Assembly (NCBI GenBank): GCA_965153285.1 | Contig: OZ229116.1 | Strand: one strand, 5' to 3' | Origin: Podarcis tiliguerta | Lineage: Eukaryota | Length of the DNA: 64,000 nucleotides | In this document: positions 1 through 12,300 of the stretch, piece by piece | Numbering within the stretch: position 1 is the first letter of the stretch | Layout: each line of letters begins with the position of its first letter | Translations under genes and position numbers: made by a program | The notes under the pieces: generated by a model | Seen by the model: only the letters and a program-made list of their open reading frames with translations | Told to the model about the DNA's origin: nothing | Database searches by the model: none

Positions 1-250
1 GCATTAGTGTGTAGGCCCAATACCCACAGGGTACGAAGGTGTTATTCGAGAGTCAAATGGGTGGAGAGCAGCTTTCCTTTGCGGAACAGCTGTGCTTCTG
101 TTAACCACTTAAGAAAACAAAGCAGAGAACATGGCACTGTTAAAAGCAAAGGGCCCTTGCCAGGAAAGAAGAAAAAAGATCCCTAGTAGCAAGACTTCGC
201 AGTTTGTCCAGAATAATCTGATTTTTGTTGCATTTTGGTTTTGTTAACAG

Positions 251-361
251 AAGGAGACACCACTTGCAAATGCTGCGTTTTGGGCTGCAAGGAAAGGAAA
301 CTTGGCACTTCTCCAGCTGCTGTTGAACAGTGGGCGTGTGGATGTGGACTGCAAAGACAGT
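251..361 (+). CDS. ANKRD29: ANKRD29 coding exon 2
   Basis: aacag|AAG...AGT|gtaagg; KETPLANAAFWAARKGNLALLQLLLNSGRVDVDCKDS. Confidence 0.95.
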
Positions 362-3300
362 GTAAGGACTTTGTGCATGACAGGAACAGATGATTTGCAT
401 CTGTTTGCATAATCTGGTCTAGCGGGAGAGTGGGGAAACTTGACATGAATGCATTATTTTCTTCATATTGAGTATGCTCAAAAGCAGGAGTCAAACAACA
501 CGTTACATAGCAGTTACATGACTGGGACTCCCCTTGCGCTTTTATTTTTCTTAAAAAGCAGTTTGCACACCTTCCAACAGTTTGCAAACCCTCCAACATA
601 TTTCAGCAGAAAATCGAGACTCACTGATCTGGAGTGCTGGGATTCATTTTGCACAGAAGCCACAAACCCTAGCATCCTCTTGTGCTCAAAGTATGGGAAC
701 TTTCAATAGTTACTCAGCAGGGAGCACAAAGCATTTTGCGTGTGCCAAAAGGTCTTCCCTTCTCTATTGAGCAGGTGCAGAGAAATTATCTACAGCCTTC
801 AGGTTTGCATGGCTTTCTATCCTATTTTTAAGATAATGAGTTTGTATTTCTTTATTCCCAGCTTGGTTCAACAACGCTTATGGTAGCATCGTACTATGGT
901 CACAAAGAATGCGTGCGAGAATTGGTGCTGCAAGGAGCTGATATCAACCTTCAGAGAGAGGTACGGTAGAATTCTTAATTTTAAAAGGGATTGCAAGAAA
1001 GACTGGGCCAAAATGCAAGATTCAAGACCTATTTTATTGTGAGAACTTGTGGCTGTCCGCAATGAGTGACATATATGCGGTCAGCAAGTTTGGGTCCTGG
1101 TTAGTAGATACAGCTAAGGGCCCCCAAAGATGAGCAATAGGATGCCACAATGCCCTAGTTATTACGATTAGTTCCTGATGTAATAAGCCAGGATATGCAT
1201 GAGCATTGTGTACTTGTATACAGTCCCTACGCAAAAAAACAACAACACAAAACCCCCCACAAAAAACAAGCCAGGAAGCTCAAATTAACGATAGATTTCC
1301 ATTTCATATAAGCCAGGAACAACATTGATGGCTTCTAAAGAAGAGGATTAGGAAGCCAACTTTCATTTAATTTAAAGTTGGCTTTTGAATCCTGGCTTGT
1401 TTAGAATCCACCTTAAGACCCCAGTTTGCACTTAACAGGAAACTCGGATTAATTGCAGCTTCCTGGTTTATTTCTTCGCTTGTGGGGAGCTAGCAAGAGC
1501 AGAGGGGGTAGCTGGAGGTGCATGAAGGTCATACATAACCTAGCCAATTAAGCCAGGATTAAATTGTGTAAACACGGCCAGTATCTTTGACTGATGACAG
1601 AACACAGAAATGAGTCAGAATAGTGGAGTTGATATTTTGAATTTCCTTGGTTACTTGCAACCAGGATATCAATCTCTTGCTGTAGGGTTGTCAGCCTCTT
1701 ATCTGGCTTCTGTACAAGCAGGAGACATCATTTGCCATTAAGCAGCAAGCAGGGTAGTTCAACTCAGACTTGGCCTGACAATTGGAGGTTGCTATTCTCC
1801 CAGGATGGTGCTTCTAATTCCCCTCCATCATTATAGCATTTTAATCAGCTTCTTTCCTAACAGCCTTTTTAAGTGCCTTTCTCAAAAGGACTACAGGATA
1901 TAGTGACAACCACATCCTCATTTTAACATATCCTGTTTGTATGCACAGCTTTTAATTGCAGCTCTCACTGTTGATTTTTAAACTCAGAGAGAAAGTTAAT
2001 CACCAGTAAAAGTTGCCACCTTTTCCATGGTAGGGCTCCTCTGTTTTGCATATCTGTATGACAGGCAGAAATGCAACAGGTGGAGATTTCCTTCTCAGCA
2101 CTGGCAAAGTCTTCACACATTAAGTTTTTATCTGTCATGCAGATATTAAATTCACAGATACCTTATGAGAAGAAGGAATGGCAAGCTTGATTTGGTGATA
2201 TCAGAATTCCCTCCAGTAGCAAATAAGTGGTCTGTCTAGGACCACTGTCTAGGCCTGCATTAGAATTATTCAAAAACTTAGCATCTTGATAATGCACCAG
2301 GAGCCTGGAGTAATTTTTTCCTGATAACAGAAAACATGTATATGTCTAAAGAATGACACAATTCTCATCTATTTACAAAATATGTGTGTATACCTGTCTT
2401 GGTTACCTAAAATTAGGATAGTGGTCCCTTTGATGACATCTGCAAATTGCAACATTACCAGATCTACTGGTGGATAATAGGAGTTTTCCTAGATGAATTT
2501 AAAGATGGTTAGAATTGCTTTAGAAGTTGCTGGTATGAGGCTTTCATCCAACAAAGCCCTTAATGTATGTGAGCAGCTCCATTATCTCAGTGTACTTAAG
2601 CATCTGATAAAGAGACCTAGGAAAATAAAGCTATCTGTCCACTTGACCTAACTCTGAGGATCTTGTTTGAAGTGTTCCTTCAACAAGGGGAAGGCATAGC
2701 AACAGATCTCGCTAAACTTATTTTAATGTATCCCGTTTGATGTACAGATGACGGGTTTGCCATATGGTTGCATGCATGCTTTTGTAGCTAACCACTTGGT
2801 AAATGGTTTAATGTATTTGTTCCTAGAGCCAGTGTGGTGTAGTGGTTAAGAGCGGTGGACTCGTAATCTGGTTAACCAGGTTCGCTTCCCCGCTCCTCCA
2901 CATGCAGCTGCTGGGTACCTTTGGGCCAGTCACACTCCTCTGAAGTCTCTCAGCCCCACTCACCTCACAGAGTGTTTGTTGTGGGGGAGGAAGGGAAAGA
3001 AGATTGTTGGCCACTTTGAGACTCCTTAGGGTAGTGATATCAAATCCAAACTCTTCTAGATAACTTGGGATTGTGGTTTAAAACAAATTCTAGAATGGTT
3101 ATAATACAACATCAAATCATGGGTTATGAAATTGGCTTCAGAAGCTCTCCCCACTGAGATGCAGGAGGAGAAAAGGGGGGGGGGAGTGTGCAACCCAAGT
3201 CATGTGCACATAGCACTAACTAAACCATGGTTTAACATTATGTGTATACTAGGCCGCTGCCTTCCTTTCCCCTCACAGCTGTGTTACAGAAATTTAACAG

Positions 3301-6300
3301 GTTGTTTTCTCAGTTGTTCTATCCCTAAGCTATGAAAAGTAGTAATTGAATTTCGGCTTTGTTACTCATTTTGAAAGTTTATTTTTTTAAAAAGTGTTGG
3401 CTGGGAGTGATGGGAGTTGTAGTCCAATACAACTGGAGGGCACAACGGTTAGTGAAGGCTGTCCTGGAATCTTCCAGAACAGAATCATGTGGGAATATTT
3501 TAACTGAAGAGCAGCAGCTGCTAGATATGAGAATTTGGATTTGCACATTTCAAGCATTACCAACTTTAAAATAAGGTTTTAAAAGACATTGTTATGTAGA
3601 TTAAATGAAATGTACTTACATACCTAATCCATGGGCTTTATGTTTCTCTTTTTCAGTCTGGTGCCACTGCCCTGTTTTTTGCTGCACAGCAAGGTCACAA
3701 TGATATCGTGAAGTTTCTCTTTGAGTATGGAGCCTCCACAGAATTTAAAACCAAAGTAAGAGATTGTGCTTGGCTTTAACACGATGATGAATTTTGGCAG
3801 GCAGGGATTTGGCATGGAGAGCAAGCGAGAGGCCCATGATATAATTTTGCTTCTTGCCACACAGTTCTCTGGCAGGACATACGTTCGGCTCAGGCTTTTA
3901 CTGCTCCGTTTTCATTGTATAAGTGCTGCTCCATTTCCTAATAATTTTTAGTCTTTCCGTTGCAAAAGGGCAGAACCAAAGCTGACCAGATTGGTTGTCT
4001 CTTTTATGCTACCCAGTGGTGTGAAGTCAAGAAGCAATATCTAAAATGGAAAAAAAAGAAAGACAGAAAGAGGCCACTCTAGTTGGAAGTCAAGTTGTAT
4101 GGAATTTACAGCTGCAGGCACTCAAGCAGCTGGATTTTCTTGAAAAGATGCTGTCATTTCATGTTTAACATGACAGGAGTAGCTACTGTATACCTGCCAA
4201 GATAAGACTAAATAACTCATGTGCTTTAGGCTGTCAGATGACCGTGGCCTGAATTGTGAAAGAACTGACTCCTTCCTGTAGTCAATGCCACCTGCACAAC
4301 TGCTTTAGGCAAAATCTGTTTCTTTGTGCTAGCATAAAATCACCTATGGCTCATGCAAAATGCACTCGTCTCACCTTCACCTTTTCTACTCTTGCGCTAT
4401 ATTCTTCATATTAGGGAAGAGTTGAATGTAGGGCAATTTTCCCATCAACTTTTGCTCTTGGCCACCTGTTAAAACAATTTCTCACTGAATTAACTGAACG
4501 GAAGCAAACAAAGCACGGAAGTGCATAGATTTGGAAGAGATCTTAGAGTGCTAAGGAAGGACAGATCCACAGAACTGAAGCACCAGTTCCTGTCCTTAGT
4601 TTTATGGGACTTAAGAGTCTGTGGTGCTTTAGTCTGGAAACAAGGGTTGTATCCAATTACGTTTTACTTAGAGTAGACTCATTAAAATTAATGGACCTAC
4701 CGTATTTTTCGCCCTATAGGACGCACTTTTTCCCCTCCAAAAATGAAGGGAAAATGTGTGTGCGTCTTATGGGGCGAATGCAGGCTTTCGCTGAAGCCTG
4801 GAGAGCGAGAGGGGTCGGTGCGCACCAACCCCTCTCGCTCTCCAGGCTTCAGGAGAGCCGCAGCACCAGCCCCACAAGGTCGGGGGACAGCAGGGAGGCG
4901 GAACGCCGCCATCCCGCTGTCTCCCTATGTGGTTTAGAGGCTGACGGCGGGGAGATGCGTGCTTCTCCCCGCCGCCAGCCCCTCAAGCTCCGGGGACAGC
5001 GAGGAGCCGCGGCGCGTCTTCCCCCTGTCCCCGGACCTGACGTGAAGGCTGGCGGCGGGGAGAAGAGCGCTTCTCCCCGCTGCCTGCCCCGCAAGCTCCG
5101 GGGACAGGGGGGAGGCGCGGCGCGTCTTCCCCCTGTCCCCGGACCTGACGTGAAGGCTGGCAGCGGGGAGAAAAGCGCTTCTCCCCGCTCCTGGCCCCAC
5201 AAGCGCCTGAGGGGGAAATAAAAATTTTTTTCTTTATTTCCCCCCCAAAAAACATGGTGCGTCCTATGGGCCGGTGCGTCCTATGGGGCGAAAAATACGG
5301 TAACTTAGTCATGTCTGTTAATTTCAGTGGTTCTCCTTGGAGTAAAACTTAGCTGCATACTACCGAATGACAGTATTCCACCCTAGTGCACAAAACTGTG
5401 TTGAACTTGTTTTGTTGCATTTATTTACTTCAGGAGTTCTTTCTCTCACCCTCACCAAAATCTTGTTTTTTATTTATTTCATACATGTAGGCAACCAAAG
5501 CTGAGGCATTGGCCCAGCTCGAACATCACACAATAATTTAGCATGATGAGAATGAGCCTAGCTAAGCCTTTGGCTCTGCTGAAGTGCAAGGAGGAGTTTG
5601 GAAGCTTTTCTTCACCCCCCCCCCCTTTATTAACCACAGCTTGTTGTGCCATCTGAACCTCTCAAATTGTGGATGATCATAATTATGAAGCTGGCTTGTT
5701 TCAGCAAACTAGTTAAGGTTAGCCACGGTTTAGAGTCCAGATCTAATGTAAAAGCAGGAAATTTATCGAACTCTGCACAGAGGACATGCACGAGTTCCTC
5801 CTTGCAAACGTTTGCCCTGGAAGATCAAAAGCAAGAGAGATGAGAATTGTGCGTATTTCTTTTCAGAACTTAATGTAATATGAAAATCTATAATAAGTCA
5901 GCCAGTGCCAGTGAGTGAGAGGGAGAGAGTGAAAGGGAGCACTCTCTCACATTAAGGCACGCACGGTATTTTTGCTATTTATATACCGCTTAATTATCCA
6001 AGGTCTTAAGTGGTGTACATAAGGTAAGTGGTGTACATAAGGATGTAGCCTTCTGCATTCATGTGGCTGGGTAGGTAGTCAGGAGAGATTGGCTTTTGCT
6101 TTCCTTCCAGATTGCACAGTAACACGCCAGTGGCAATATTCCAAAGTAGTGTTATTGGGATGCACATGTGGGGGTGGGGGGAGGACTGCAGCAGGGAACC
6201 AGAAAAATTAGAGAGCATGCACAGCTCTTTGTAGCACATTGCACTGCATGTTGGTTTGTTTGTTTTTTAAAAAAAGCATTTTACAATAGCTGAAACCCAT

Positions 6301-9300
6301 TGTCATTATTGTCATGAAATGCACAGCATCAGCAATATGATTTCTGCCTTGGCTTTTCTGGTTTGAAAAGACCTCGCATGTGTAACGCCAGCATTATGCA
6401 AAAGTCTCTGCTTTGATTTGCTGATGTGCAATTGTGCCAGGATGGTTTTCATTTCTCGGAATTTCCAGAGTATTTGCCAGAGACAGCGGTGCAGCCTCAG
6501 TTTCTAATTCCCTACAGATGTAGCCAAAATTGTTCCAGAGTAGAGAAATGTCTTAAGTGTAGGAATGAGCATTCATCCTGATTTGCCTGCAGGGTGTTTT
6601 ATACGTTTTCCAGTTTATCGTTTATTCATTTCACACTTTTCAGTACCAGCTTCCTGTGCAGAAAATGGTCTGTTTCTTTTTTTAAAGTGGATTTGTTACA
6701 GACCTCAGAACCTCTGTGGGAGCAAGTTGCTCACTGGCAGCTCTCCGTGATGCTACAACTACCAGCCTTCTTCACCTGTGGGTCAAAACAGCTCTTTCCA
6801 TTGCTGACAGACCAGCTGAACTGTTTCCATCTCAGCCAACTTTAAGAGTGTTTTTACCTCCCCCCCCCCATGCTTTTTTCCTTTTGTGTCATCTTTGTAA
6901 GATTCATCTGCAAACCATGCTTTGAGGCTTTGCAGCTGGGGAGCTGGATAAAAATGTGTTAGATAAATAACTTTCCCTCCCACTGCTTACCTCTCTTACA
7001 TCTGCCCTGTCAGTAATGTCACTTTTCCCTCAGCCAGGCTTCAAAAGCCCTGCTAAGAGAAAAAGTAAAAAAGGAAGGAGACTGCCTGGAAATACACAAC
7101 CAGGGAGCAGGACGGCTCACTTCGTCTGACCTGCTTTCTCTTTTAATTGTGCCTCCCAGTTCCCAACTGCATGATGTGTGAAAGGGCAGGCCTTACTTTA
7201 AGAGACTGACACAGTTTTGTTTTACATGACATCTCATAGAATTATAGAGTTGGAAAGGGACCCTGAGGATCATCTAGTCCAACTGACTGCTATGCAGGAA
7301 TAGGCCAGTACAGGCATCAAATCTGTGATCTTGGCGTTATCAGCACCACACTTTAACCAACTGAGCTAACATGTTGGCGGGGGTGGGGGCTGACTTTTGG
7401 AACAAAAAAATTGTTGGGATCCAGTGCTAGTGATTTTATGGATGTCTGTTGTAATCAGTGCTTTTTTTCTAAAAAAAAGTGTTTGGGGTACTCTCATTTT
7501 CCTACTCATCCAGTATTGAAATACTGCCCCTCAATGAGGCCAAACTTAGATTCACAAAATGTTTAGGGGTATGCTTGTTATTTATACCCTGCCCTTCTGG
7601 CTGGGTTTCCTCAGCAACTGGGTGGCTTACAACATAACTAAAACCATAATAAAAGCATCAATCCTTAAAAACTTCTCTAAACAGAGCTGCCTTCAGATGT
7701 CTTCTAAAAGTCTGATAGTTGTTTATTTCCTTGACATCTGAAGGGAGGGCTTTCCACAGGGAGGATGTAGATACTAAACTTCATGAATGACTGTAATTAA
7801 GAAGTCATAATGTCATAGCCAGTATAATAGGGCTTGTGGCTTTGCAGCAAGACCATTAAAATCCAAGAAGAAGAAGAAAGCCAAGTTCATGCTGGGAGAA
7901 AGAAGAAAAGTGCTTTCCTGTTTGAAGAAACCCTGGATCTCAAATCCTTGGATGGGGAATGTTGCTGGAAACTACAAGTGACAGCTGTTTGAAGTAATAT
8001 AGTGTGGACAAGTTATCAGAAAAAGCCATGTTCAGAATTTCACGTTTTAGGTACTGTATATGGGAATTATGTGTTGTTCATTCATTGTGAACTAAACAGG
8101 GTTGCTTCCAACTCTACAGTTCTATGATTCTTTTAATATTTACTTAAGCCCTCAACAAGATACACTTATTCCTCCCAAAGTTCTTGTTCCAAGGCCAGGG
8201 CTTAAATGTCGTGACATGTTAGTGTGTCGGCTACAGTATGTAGGTGTGTCATGAGAACGCTCCCCACGCTCCTCCAGGGGATGGAAAGGGGTTAGTTAAA
8301 CTCTGACTTGATAGTAAAACTGAATTACTGCGTCGCGAAATGATGCAAAAATGAATTAACGGTGTCGTGAAATTATGCATATCTAAAAAGTGTGTCACCA
8401 ACATGAAAAGTTGGGAAAGCTCTGGTTTAAATTCTGCCACTGCCAGCAGTTTCCCCTGGCATTATCTGCAGAACTTCCGTTTGATTTCTGCATTGCTGCT
8501 ATTGTATCGTATTGAAATGCAAGACATAGGTGGTATTCTATAGCCTTTGTCTTTTCCCCTTCACTTGTGCCTATTTTGTGCTTTCTTTTTACTCCCCCAC
8601 CCCTTTGCAGGATGGAGGCACTGCTCTGTTAGCTGCGTGTCAGTACGGGCACATGAGAGTGGTGGAAACATTGCTGAAGCACGGTGCCAACGTTCACGAT
8701 CAGCTTTATGTGAGTTTACTTGAAGTTGGCCTTCAGCCATTCTGACCCTCCCTTTCCCCTGGAATGTTCAAGGTTTAAGGAAACCTTTCCGGGATTCATT
8801 TTTTCTGTTAATGAGAAAGCAGAATGCTCTGGAACTGGTGTTTCTGTGCTACTTTACGTGCTGGAAAGGAGTTGGTGGAAAATTCAAAGCTTGCCCAGTA
8901 TGCCAGCTCCTCCTTACGCTTTGAGCCATTCTACACATTACACAGAATGAGAAGGCAAAATTATAAGCTGTACATGTTTAATATTGCACATGGAGATTGG
9001 GAATAATGGAAACTGCCTTTTATGAAGTTTCCCTGCAGAGAGTTCTCTTGTTCACCCAAGCCCAGGAGAGGGGCAGCTACTTCAAACAGCTCTTTTGAGA
9101 AGCACTTAAAGGCAGCCCTCCATGCTGGGACTGGAATGTGGGGACTGCCTTTAAGCGCTGTTTGAAGCATCTCACGTGCTTCTCCTGCGAGTCGACGGGT
9201 GGCAGCAGAGGAGAGGGTGGTGGAGATTCTCCTCTCCCACCTGCTGTTGCTGCTGCCCACCTGGTCATAGGAGAAGCATGTGTGCTGCTTCAAATAGCAC

Positions 9301-12300
9301 TTTTGGATAGGATATGAAATACGTAATGCACTTAAAAGCAATGATTGAAAGGAAGTTGTTCTTAAAACCAAAAATCTGATCTGCTTCTGTTGCTCAGTAG
9401 CACTCGCAAAGGACTTCCACAAGAGGCAGACTTCAAATGCACATTTGCTGGAACCATTACTCAGAAAGCACCAGGGGTTATTGTTTAATCTTTAAATTGA
9501 TTACATGAAAGACTGGAAGCAGACTAATTAAAGAGCAAGCTTGCTTTTTGCAATCATCAATGCTGCAGAAATGTATCGGTAGTTATGAAAAAGATACTTC
9601 AGTATATAAGCAGTCTTGCTATGCTTGTGGGCTAATGGAGGAAAGGAAGAGTACAATGGTTCTGTTAATAACTCTTTTTTTGCCAGCTTAAAAGCTAATT
9701 AAATATTTTATTTAAAAAATTAAGGACGGAGCTACTTCCCTTTTCCTGGCTGCCCAAGGTGGTTACCTGGATTTAATTCGGCTATTGCTGTCTTCTGGAG
9801 CAAAGGTCAACCAGCCAAGGCAGGTAATGTTCAGCATTGTTAAGACACAGACAATGTTTTAGTTATCCTCCCTTATTTATTTTTAAGATTGATAGTGCCT
9901 AGATTTTCCTCTTCATCTGTTCATGTGCTAAGACTAACCAGCTGTGCCTTGGTGCTGACTACATTCCAGTTATTGGTGTGCCTTTGATATGGAAGTTAAT
10001 ATTTGATCAAATTTGGATACATGTGCTGCTGTTGGGTTTTCTATACAGACTGCCGAGGTTGTAGTTTAACTTCCTCTAATACTTGGCCTTTCTGGTTATG
10101 CATTCTTACTTAGATTATAGGTATTTCCTTGAATCTGTCCCATGGAACAGTTGAAGGAGGTATGTGTGCCATGGAATCCTTAGAGGACACAAAAGTCAGA
10201 AAGTTAGGCAAGAAATTTGTTCTCTCTCCCCAACAAGACCAGAATAGCTACAAGGGGTGGAAAACCTCAGGCATGTGGGCCATATGTGGCGCTCCTGGGC
10301 TTTGTCTGGCCCTAAGCCATGCTCCCTGCTCTGGCTGCACCTTTTCACTGACCCTTTTTTGTGCCCATCATGAGTGCCTTTGCCCGGCTGGAAGGTGTCT
10401 GTCAACTGTGGATAATATGCCTGTTGCTTGAGCATGGAAGCCTCTGGGTGTGTACATGTGAAAAAGCCTCTTCACTTTCAGGGCTCTGGGATATAACATT
10501 TCCCCACCCATTTTTGGCTTTGGCTCTGCCCACCACACGCATGGGGACCAAGGAAGGTTCCCCATGAGGGACTGTAGCCCTTGGGTTCAAAGAGGCTCCC
10601 TACTAACAGGAAATGCCCAGTGCCACAGAAATCCGGCTTAAGTCCAGAGCCACCTCCTGACTGAACTGTATTGCACCAGAGGTTATTTTCTACCAAGAGT
10701 AGCTGAAGGTGTAAATGTGGGAAATTGCAGGTTCTGGGTAAGTAGGTTCCTTAAGCATTTACATTCACAGGCTGCTGATAACAAGCATGAACTCAAGTGA
10801 CGTGGCTTCTCATTTGGTATTTCCAGGCACACAAAGCCACAAATAACTATAGGATGTGTAAAAATCATGTTAGCATCCTGTGTTTCCTTATTGCTATAAC
10901 ATAAGAAGAACCCTCCTGGATCAGGCCAAAGGCCCATCTCATCCAGCATCCTTTTCTCACAGGCCAACCAATTCCCCATGGAAAATTCACAAGCTGGACC
11001 TAAGCGCAACAGCACTCTGTTCTCCTGCAGGTTCCAACCACTGAACCATACTGCCTCCTCAAGCGGCGTTAGAACATAGCCATTGTGGCTGGTAACCACT
11101 GATAGCCTTGTTCTCCATTCATTTGTCTGCTCTTCTTGAGAGCCCTTTAAATCTTGAGGGAATGAATTCCATAGTTTAAATTTGCACTGTGTGAAGAAAT
11201 TTCTTTATTTTGTCATTATTGAATCTCTTTAACATTCAGCCTCACTCTGATTGACTATATCTGAACTTTTTCCAGTTCCACAGTATCCTTTTTGAGGCAA
11301 GGGAACCAGAATTGTATGCACTATTTATTGCCTTGCTCCTCATGTGTTTTTGGAATTTCTGCCGCTATCATTATGCTCTTTTCATTTTGCACCAGCCTGT
11401 CCACAGGGTTTCAGTTGCTACCTTGATAAACAGGGCCCAAAGCAATCTAGTCCACAAGTACCCCTGTCACCTCCTCAGTTGGCAGATCTACTGTTGACTC
11501 AGAAGGTTATGGCCTGACCTAACAGGTTAACTGCACTTGAGTCTTCTAAGGTTACTAGTTCTAGGAAACACTGACACCTTGTGACACTGAACTTAATTAC
11601 CTGCCTCAATTTTGCTAGCTGTTAACTTCCAGACTGAGTGTTTACAGGAAATGAGATAAGATAATAAATGTTGCAGTCCTATATATATATCTATTCAGTG
11701 GTACTTAGTCCTGGATAATTGTGTGCAGGATTGCATCCTAAGTGCCTTGTTTGGTTCCCACCAAGGTCCATGAAAGCCTTTGCATTTTTTCTTTGTATTA
11801 ATATTTGCTGGCATCAGTCTGTCTCAGAAAACAGTGGAAGAGTGTGCCTATGCGGGTAAAGTCAAACCGCTGGAGAGCTACAGTGCCTGCTGTGGCTGCA
11901 GAGACATGTTTTATTGCAGGTGGGGCAGATGAAGGTGTTTTCTTTTGCTGCTATAGGTGCACCATGGCATTTCTTCTCTCTGCACTCCTCATCACTGAAC
12001 ATATCAAGAAATAAGCATTTCAAATCTTCCCCAATTCTACCGTTTGATATTTAAGAAACCTTGATGACACCATCCACAAACCAATATTTTTACCAACCAA
12101 TGGCTGAAAACATACACAAGCTAACCACAAAATTTAGCTGCTGCACAGCATGGTCACTAGTAGAAAACAAAGAGTGTATTTCTGAAATACAAAGTTTTGA
12201 ATTTGCATCCTGTATAAGCTATAGGTATAAAGACTCTCATTTTTTATCTCAGCAGAATTATATATTCTATAGTTGGAAAACTGTTTGGGTTTTTTAAAAA

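Noticed and set aside
4604-5312. 205-aa ORF and overlapping ORFs with repeated peptides
   Set aside because: They arise from the stop-poor GC-rich 108-bp repeat inside a MITE; no transposase motifs.
7315-7368. tRNA-Ile-like gene on the minus strand
   Set aside because: Degenerate and fused to a CR1-like tail, so it is a SINE head, not a tRNA gene.
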